Below are positions 58,161-64,000 of a stretch of DNA of 64,000 bases, piece after piece. The translations under genes and the position numbers were made by a program. The notes under the pieces were generated by a model. The model saw only the letters and a program-made list of their open reading frames with translations, was not told the DNA's origin and searched no databases. Each line of letters opens with the position of its first letter. Positions within the stretch are counted from its first letter, which is position 1. Source of the DNA: a virus; IMG/VR virus record IMGVR_UViG_3300002143_000153, positions 29,958-93,957 of that record; one strand, 5' to 3'.

Positions 58161-58484
58161 CTATGCATACTTATTTATGCCATAGACAATTATCTGTGGA
58201 TTAGTTATACTGTTCTTTAAATATAAATCTAATGATGTATGCTCTATTAGTTCTTTATAAGTTTCAGGCGTTAAAGAAATACCTTCATTTGGACAATCAG
58301 ATATTTCCATACCTGGTTTCATCTGGCTTATATCAAAATTTGATGGCACATTTACTCTTAGTACTTTGACTTTACCTGCCAGCAAGTCTTTCATCCATAC
58401 AGATAGATGAGAGATGAGTGTTACAGTAGTACTCTCCTTGTTTGTTTTGGTATGAAATACATACCATTTGCTTGTTATATTCAT
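58161..58484 (-). CDS. Hypothetical early protein
   Basis: ORF track; shared leader ACAATTTAATTTATAAAA. Confidence 0.6.
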   Translation of the reverse strand: MNITSKWYVFHTKTNKESTTVTLISHLSVWMKDLLAGKVKVLRVNVPSNFDISQMKPGMEISDCPNEGISLTPETYKELIEHTSLDLYLKNSITNPQIIVYGINKYA

Positions 58485-58491
58485 TTTGTTT

Positions 58492-58668
58492 TTATAAATT
58501 AAATTGTTTACTTAGCTCTATGCTTATCAGAGGATATGTTTCTTTTAGTTCCTCAAGAGACATTTGTGTTCTACTACCATCATCAGTAGATACTGCTACT
58601 ACACAGTGACCTACTCTTGGTGCATACAAAAATTCTACTTCTACTACATTTTCTTCTACTATATTCAT
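58492..58668 (-). CDS. 58-aa hypothetical protein (not in ORF track)
   Basis: MNIVEENVVEVEFLYAPRVGHCVVAVSTDDGSR...; same leader as its neighbours. Confidence 0.6.
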   Translation of the reverse strand: MNIVEENVVEVEFLYAPRVGHCVVAVSTDDGSRTQMSLEELKETYPLISIELSKQFNL

Positions 58669-58732
58669 TTTGTTTTATAAATTAAATTGTTGTTAAAAAG
58701 GAGAGAGCTTTTACACTCTCTCCATTAGAATC

Positions 58733-59017
58733 TTAGTGAGCCCAGAATAGATTAGGTATAATCTCTCCAGCAGAATTCTTTACAGGTTTGTCTGTAATGG
58801 TTAAAGGTAGCTCATCACCCTTAACTAAGACCATCTTAGCTACAGCTTTAGGGCTAATAGCAGTAAAACCGAATCTCATACCATCTGTGTCAGTACGTTG
58901 CTGTCTGACCTCCACGTTGTAGCCACCAATTTCTTTGATGACAATTTCTTGTTCTGTAAGAGGATGTTCTGAAGTTACTAGTCCTTTGTTAGTTTTTGTT
59001 GTTTTGTAATAATACAT
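58733..59017 (-). CDS. 94-aa early protein, first gene of the leftward block
   Basis: Paralog of 57298-57570. Confidence 0.75.
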   Translation of the reverse strand: MYYYKTTKTNKGLVTSEHPLTEQEIVIKEIGGYNVEVRQQRTDTDGMRFGFTAISPKAVAKMVLVKGDELPLTITDKPVKNSAGEIIPNLFWAH

Positions 59018-59039
59018 GTGTTTGATTGATAAATTTTAA

Positions 59040-59150
59040 ATGATGGGTACCACAGAAGCGGGGGTACCCTGACCGCAATTTTTTGCTGGGGAGTTAAAAC
59101 GTTACACCCCTACCTTATGCAACACATAAAACATTTAGGGTACCGGGGGA
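59040..59150. other. GC-rich strand-switch region; candidate genome terminus, packaging site or origin
   Basis: Divergence point of the two gene blocks; three GGTACC palindromes, G runs and a GGGGAGT...ACACCCC hairpin. Confidence 0.4.
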
Positions 59151-59293
59151 TAGACATTGAATATATTATATGGGTTACAGACACAATATATAAAATTGGG
59201 AAAAAAAATATTTTGATATTTACAATGATGTTTATTAAATCAATTAAAAATATAACTTTGTAAATAGAATTCTAATGAAGATATCCTTAAAAA

Positions 59294-59303
59294 TTTGTAT
59301 ATT
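59294..59303 (+). promoter_or_regulatory. Putative phage (late) promoter motif GTATATT
   Basis: TTTGTATATT; similar copies at 21318-21327(+), 21730-21739(+), 18244-18253(-) and 59750-59759(+). Confidence 0.45.
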
Positions 59304-59335
59304 GTCTATATAGGAATTATAATAACCAGAATTAT

Positions 59336-59680
59336 ATGAATGATGAGTATGATGATTTTGAAGGTTTGTTTGATGATCTGAATGAAGATGAAGATGATGA
59401 TTTTTTTGATGAAGAATTATCTGATGATGAGTTCTCAGACTTAGATGATAAGTATTATCATGAAGCTTTTATTAACTCCTATGACATACTTACAGAAAAG
59501 GTAACGCTTGATCAGTTGATCCAGAAAAACTATTTGGAATCAGATGGGATTACTACACTCATACATGATGCAACAGCTGGTCCTACAAAATTAGAACTTG
59601 AAACTATTCTTGAATACTTTGAGGAATCAGAAGAATATGAGAAATGTGCTGAGATATATAAAATGATAAAAGAATATTAA
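59336..59680 (+). CDS. Highly acidic protein with C-terminal UVR-like helix pair
   Basis: D/E-rich N-terminus; YFEESEEYEKCAEI. Confidence 0.65.
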   Translation: MNDEYDDFEGLFDDLNEDEDDDFFDEELSDDEFSDLDDKYYHEAFINSYDILTEKVTLDQLIQKNYLESDGITTLIHDATAGPTKLELETILEYFEESEEYEKCAEIYKMIKEY

Positions 59681-59961
59681 AAAAATGATAATTGCTTCTG
59701 AGAACAATTCAAAAACAGTACAAGTTCCAAGTGTTAAAAATGATCATCTGTTATATATTAATCTAGAAAATATATATGGTGCCTCAGATGATTATGCTAA
59801 TTGGGTAGATAAATAAAATGATTCAAATGTTTGATATCATTTTAGCATTTACCCTCACTGTTTTTGCATTATATATGCTGAATGCTTTTTTAACAAACGA
59901 TAATCAAAATAAAGATTAAATAAAAAACCGTTAAACTTTCTTTATTTAAACTTAATAATAT

Positions 59962-59969
59962 TACATTTG
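59962..59969 (+). promoter_or_regulatory. Bacteroidota sigma-70 -7 element TAnnTTTG
   Basis: TACATTTG upstream of 59995; same motif at 43645(+), 51439(-), 42922(-), 30203(-) and 21347(-). Confidence 0.6.
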
Positions 59970-59994
59970 TGATGAAACAAACAAATTTAATATT

Positions 59995-60261
59995 ATGTCA
60001 AATCAAGAAAACCCAACTCCGTTATCTAAAGAAGAGATAGCAGATCGTAGAAAAGAGATCACTGCTTTCTACAAAGAAAACATTACACATCTTAAAGTAC
60101 AGAAAGAGTACGAAGAACTTTTGAGGGATATTGAAAAAGCACGTGCTGAAAGAATTCAATCTCAAATGTTTCTAGCCCAAGCATATGCTAGTGGTGAAGA
60201 AGACTCGGAGGAACTAGACGAACCAGGAGAATTAGCTAAACGTACATTAAGAAAAAGTTAA
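59995..60261 (+). CDS. Conserved coiled-coil protein
   Basis: ORF track. Confidence 0.65.
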   Translation: MSNQENPTPLSKEEIADRRKEITAFYKENITHLKVQKEYEELLRDIEKARAERIQSQMFLAQAYASGEEDSEELDEPGELAKRTLRKS

Positions 60262-60262
60262 T

Positions 60263-61180
60263 ATGATGATGTTAAAAGAAGGTTCTAAAGGACCTGAAGT
60301 TATACAACTTCAAAAAATATTAGGTGTTAGTGCTGATGGAAATTTTGGTCCGGGTACAAAGAAAGCTGTTATAAGATTTCAGTTAGGAGCTAATCTTCCA
60401 GCTGATGGTATTGTTGGTAATGATACTTGGTCTCTGTTACTTACAAGGGGTGCTAAAAAAGAAGCCATTGATGAGGATACAGATGTACAAGCTCAATTCT
60501 ATACTACTAACTACAATCAATTAATACATAAACATTTCTTACCAAAGAATGAATACATAAAAGGACCAATCAAAAATCTTTATATGTTTATCCATCACAC
60601 AGCTGGTTGGGAAGATCCTTACAAATGTATTGATAGCTGGGGAAGAGATGACCGGGGGGCTATTGCTACAGAATTTGTTATGGGGGGTCAGAAAGTAACT
60701 ACAGGTGATGATACACATGATGGTGTTATGGTACAGGCTTTTGCTGAAGGTAATCAAGGATGGCAGTTAGGTAAAACTGGATCTGGTATAATGAATCGTC
60801 AATCCGTAGGTATTGAGATTTGTAATTTTGGTTATTTAACAAATGAATTAAAAACATATGCCGGCCAGAAAGCACACGAATCTCAAGTATGCAAATTAGC
60901 GGAACCATTTAAAGGTTATACTAATTGGCATAATTATTCCACTAAACAAATTGAAGAATTAGAAAAGTGGTTGAAGTACATTGCTGAGAGAGACAACATT
61001 GACTTGAGAATTGGTTTAGTACAATGGATAAAAAAACAAGGAGCAACCAAAGCATTTGATTATCAGGATGATGCATATTATGGAAAAGTAAAAGGTTTAC
61101 TTACTCACACTAATGTGAGAAAAGATAAATTTGATTGCTATCCACATCCAGATTTAGTTGACATGCTATTAAGTTTATAA
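60263..61180 (+). CDS. Endolysin: PG_binding_1 domain plus N-acetylmuramoyl-L-alanine amidase (Amidase_2)
   Basis: LKEGSKGPEVIQLQ...DGNFGPGT...FQ...DGIVGNDTW; IHHTAG, SVGIEIC, THTNV...K.DC.P. Confidence 0.9.
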   Translation: MMMLKEGSKGPEVIQLQKILGVSADGNFGPGTKKAVIRFQLGANLPADGIVGNDTWSLLLTRGAKKEAIDEDTDVQAQFYTTNYNQLIHKHFLPKNEYIKGPIKNLYMFIHHTAGWEDPYKCIDSWGRDDRGAIATEFVMGGQKVTTGDDTHDGVMVQAFAEGNQGWQLGKTGSGIMNRQSVGIEICNFGYLTNELKTYAGQKAHESQVCKLAEPFKGYTNWHNYSTKQIEELEKWLKYIAERDNIDLRIGLVQWIKKQGATKAFDYQDDAYYGKVKGLLTHTNVRKDKFDCYPHPDLVDMLLSL

Positions 61181-61182
61181 AT

Positions 61183-61554
61183 ATGGCACTAGTAAATAAA
61201 GTAGAACAAAAAGCAAAAGTTAGTATTGATGCTGTAATTCAGTTTCAAATTGTAACTTACTGTTTCTTTAATGATATCCAGATTAGTAGTGCTGATTTAA
61301 AATGTTTAGCTCAGTTGGCTAAACAAGGAGAGGTAGAACTTACTTTATTTTGTAATGATGTAACTGATATGGGGATTTTCAAAAGTCCCCAATCAGCACG
61401 TAATGCTATTACAAAAGCAAACAAGAAAAATCTTGTTATAAAAAATGGATACAACAAAAAGAAAATATCCTTGAATAAAGTACTTAATGTGCAAACAGAA
61501 GGTAATGTTTTTTTAGATTATAAAATTTTAGGTATTGAAAGCAAAACATCATAA
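61183..61554 (+). CDS. Putative winged-helix protein
   Basis: FKSPQSARNAITKANKKNLVIK. Confidence 0.5.
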   Translation: MALVNKVEQKAKVSIDAVIQFQIVTYCFFNDIQISSADLKCLAQLAKQGEVELTLFCNDVTDMGIFKSPQSARNAITKANKKNLVIKNGYNKKKISLNKVLNVQTEGNVFLDYKILGIESKTS

Positions 61555-61900
61555 AGAGTTTAAAAAAGGAATAGCTGAAAAAGCAGGAGTTCATCAAGAT
61601 GTTGTTGATGAGTTCATTACATTCTATTATGCAAAAGTTAGAAAAGCATTATCAGAATTAAGTTATTCAAGCGTTACTCTTTTTGGTTTAGGTACTTTCC
61701 ATTTAAGAAAGAATACTTTAGAAAAAGCAATAAAGAAAAACAAAAGCTATCTTGGTAATTTATCCAAAAATACATACAATGGTTATGAGAAGCATGTTGT
61801 TGTACGTGAGAAAATAGAATCTTTAGAAAACATAAAAAAGATTTTAGATGAAGTTGAACAAGAGAAATTAAATTTTAAAAAGAAAAGAAATGAATCTTAA
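61535..61900 (+). CDS. HU/IHF-like DNA-binding protein
   Basis: IAEKAGV...VDEFI...VTLFGLGTF. Confidence 0.65.
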   Translation: MKAKHHKEFKKGIAEKAGVHQDVVDEFITFYYAKVRKALSELSYSSVTLFGLGTFHLRKNTLEKAIKKNKSYLGNLSKNTYNGYEKHVVVREKIESLENIKKILDEVEQEKLNFKKKRNES

Positions 61901-62201
61901 AAAATTAGCAGGTTATTTTAAAAACCTTGATCAGATTAGTGAAGGTGTTTTAAATACATTTTTTAAAAAAGATACCGTTGAACTTATTGCAAGTACAAGA
62001 TATAATATTTGCAAAGCATGTAAACACTTTGATAATGAGGGTGTTAACTGTGCTGTATCAGGAACACAACCTTGTTGTTCAGAATGTGGTTGTAGTTTAA
62101 AATTTAAAACAAGATCTTTATCATCCGATTGTCCTAAAGGAAAATGGGATTCATGGTTGACAGAAGAACAAGAAGAAAAATTAAATCAACAAATTAAATA
62201 A
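61890..62201 (+). CDS. Cys-rich zinc-binding protein
   Basis: RYNICKAC...CSECGC...KTRSLSSDCPKGKW. Confidence 0.7.
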   Translation: MNLKKLAGYFKNLDQISEGVLNTFFKKDTVELIASTRYNICKACKHFDNEGVNCAVSGTQPCCSECGCSLKFKTRSLSSDCPKGKWDSWLTEEQEEKLNQQIK

Positions 62202-62208
62202 TAAAATC

Positions 62209-62469
62209 ATGAGAACATTTTATGACTATAGAGGTGTAAAAAGAGAAGATGCTACAAAATATCCTATGCAAGGCATAGTAATACTAAAAAGTAAAAAATA
62301 TTGGTTGTGTTGGATTTATAAAGACAACCACCGGTTAGAAGGACAAAAACTAAAGAAAGGGTTTATTGTAGCGCCCAGAACCATTTACTTGTACAATATT
62401 TATATTGCTAAATCTTTTTGGGATGCTTTAAAGTATTATTTAATATTAAACAAACAAATTAAAAATTAA
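62209..62469 (+). CDS. Hypothetical protein
   Basis: ORF track. Confidence 0.55.
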   Translation: MRTFYDYRGVKREDATKYPMQGIVILKSKKYWLCWIYKDNHRLEGQKLKKGFIVAPRTIYLYNIYIAKSFWDALKYYLILNKQIKN

Positions 62470-62473
62470 AATT

Positions 62474-62644
62474 ATGACAGTAACAGAAATAGTAAATGAT
62501 CTTTTAGAACATAAAATGATCACTACAGAAGCAGCATTAGTATTACTTAAAGCTGAAGCTCAGGCAAGTATTAATAATATTAATATAACACCTGTAAAAA
62601 CTCCAAGTTGGAACCCAAATTATTGGTATACTACAACTAAATAA
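62474..62644 (+). CDS. 56-aa hypothetical protein (not in ORF track)
   Basis: MTVTEIVNDLLEHKMITTEAALVLLK... Confidence 0.6.
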   Translation: MTVTEIVNDLLEHKMITTEAALVLLKAEAQASINNINITPVKTPSWNPNYWYTTTK

Positions 62645-62650
62645 AAAATC

Positions 62651-63469
62651 ATGGGTGTAATATTTAAAGAAGAAGGACATGTATATGAAAGTAATGATGC
62701 TGATCAAATTAATTGGACCAGTGTCACATCTTTTATAGGGATGTTTAAACCAAAGTTTGATGCAAAGTCTCAAGCTAAAAAATCTGCTAAGAATAAAAAT
62801 TCTAAATGGTATGGTATGACCGAAAAAGAAATCCTAGCAACATGGGAATCTGAAACAGAAAGAGCTATTGGTTTAGGTAACTTTTATCACAACCAACGAG
62901 AATCAGATCTTTTAACATTTAAAACAATTGAAAGAGAAGGTGTTGAATTACCAATCATTAAACCTATTGTTGGTGACAATGGTGTTAAGACAGCACCTGA
63001 ACAAAAGTTAAATGATGGTGTATACCCTGAACATTTTGTTTATTTAAAATCATTAGGTCTTTGCGGCCAGGCTGATAGAGTTGAAGTAGTAAATGGTTGT
63101 ATTAATATTTTAGATTATAAAACCAATAAAGAAATAAAAGAAAAAGGTTTTACTAATTGGGAGGGTATTACATCTAAGTTATATAATCCAATAAGTCATC
63201 TAGATGATTGTAATTTAATGCATTATAGCTTACAACTCAGTATTTATGCGTATATTATTAAAAAGCACAATCCTAAATTAAAAATAGGAAAGCTTACAAT
63301 TCAGCATGTTAAATTTAAACAAGCTGGTCTTGATAAGAATGGTTATCCTATAACAGAGCATATTAATGGAGAACCTGTATTAGATGAAATTAAAATGTAT
63401 GATGTACCATATATGAAAGATGAAGTGACAAGTTTGATTATGTGGTTTAAAGATAATAAGAAATGTTAA
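62651..63469 (+). CDS. PD-(D/E)xK nuclease
   Basis: SVTS, GNFYH, LCGQAD...ILDYKTNK, YSLQLSIY. Confidence 0.85.
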   Translation: MGVIFKEEGHVYESNDADQINWTSVTSFIGMFKPKFDAKSQAKKSAKNKNSKWYGMTEKEILATWESETERAIGLGNFYHNQRESDLLTFKTIEREGVELPIIKPIVGDNGVKTAPEQKLNDGVYPEHFVYLKSLGLCGQADRVEVVNGCINILDYKTNKEIKEKGFTNWEGITSKLYNPISHLDDCNLMHYSLQLSIYAYIIKKHNPKLKIGKLTIQHVKFKQAGLDKNGYPITEHINGEPVLDEIKMYDVPYMKDEVTSLIMWFKDNKKC

Positions 63470-63981
63470 TAAGACTATTTGATATACAGAATGGAAAAGT
63501 AATTCCATCAGAACATTGCTATACGTTAAAGTTTTTAAAAGAGATAATGGAAGATTATCCTGATACTTATTTAACTGTATATCAATATTTATTCTATATG
63601 ACTTGTCCAAATCCTGATATGAATCCTTTTTTTAATTTACCTGAGTATGAGAAAGAAGATATAATCATTGAAGAAATTGGTTTAGAAGAATCACCTGAAG
63701 ATGCTAAAATTAGATATTCATTAGAGATGTGTACTGCATTATATGAAACACCTGCTTATAGAGCGTATAAAGGAATTAAATCAATGCTTGATAGATTAGC
63801 TAAATATATGGAAACAACTCAAATTGAGCACGGCCGTGATGGTAATATTAATTCTTTAGTTAATGTTGCTGCTAAGTTTGAGCAAATTAGACATTCATAT
63901 AAAGGTGCATTTACAGATATGAAAGAAGAACAAGAAAGTACCGTGCGTGGAAATTCTAACCTTGCCTACGATCAAATATGA
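63463..63981 (+). CDS. Conserved crAss-like protein, possible terminase small subunit
   Basis: Helical protein ending VRGNSNLAYDQ; function inferred from gene order (after PD-(D/E)xK nuclease, usually before TerL); TerL is not in the window. Confidence 0.45.
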   Translation: MLIRLFDIQNGKVIPSEHCYTLKFLKEIMEDYPDTYLTVYQYLFYMTCPNPDMNPFFNLPEYEKEDIIIEEIGLEESPEDAKIRYSLEMCTALYETPAYRAYKGIKSMLDRLAKYMETTQIEHGRDGNINSLVNVAAKFEQIRHSYKGAFTDMKEEQESTVRGNSNLAYDQI

Positions 63982-64000
63982 TAACAGAAAAAAAAGACAA

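Noticed and set aside
58560-58600. CUGAUGA (hammerhead core) on the minus strand
   Set aside because: Lies inside a plausible 58-aa CDS; no correctly placed GAAA or three-stem junction.
1-64000. Stop-codon reassignment, common in some crAss-like phages
   Set aside because: Giant ORFs and enzymes are intact in the standard code; TAG and TGA terminate normal-length genes; no suppressor tRNA seen.

Overview
AT-rich Bacteroidota (probably Flavobacteriia-infecting) phage DNA with the gene content and layout of a crAss-like virus (Crassvirales), read in the standard genetic code. 1-16.5 kb (+): the 3' part of a giant virion RNA polymerase gene (zincin HEAFH, catalytic DFDID). An inserted cassette follows, encoding an L,D-transpeptidase + lysozyme-like protein, and then a second giant virion protein with a PD-(D/E)xK domain. 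16.5-25 kb: membrane/lysis-like genes, ribonucleotide reductase alpha/beta, holin-like and tail-fibre genes. 25-54.8 kb (-): replication and metabolism block (PolB, PhoH, MazG-like, exonuclease, MoxR AAA + VWA peptidase, RusA-like, primase, AAA_24, DnaB, UDG, SF2 helicase, metallophosphoesterase) plus many small early genes. 54.8-57.3 kb (-): a largely non-coding, highly structured RNA island. It holds a tandem array of twister-like self-cleaving ribozymes (3 intact, 2 degenerate), each complete unit carrying a different cargo sequence inside a conserved GUUGUAAU/AUUACAAC stem, plus a tRNA-like element. This is the most striking finding. About 59.1 kb: GC-rich strand-switch point (candidate genome end or origin). 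59.3-64 kb (+): amidase endolysin, HU/IHF-like protein, nuclease and probable pre-terminase genes. All calls come from motif recognition by eye; no searches or folding programs were run.
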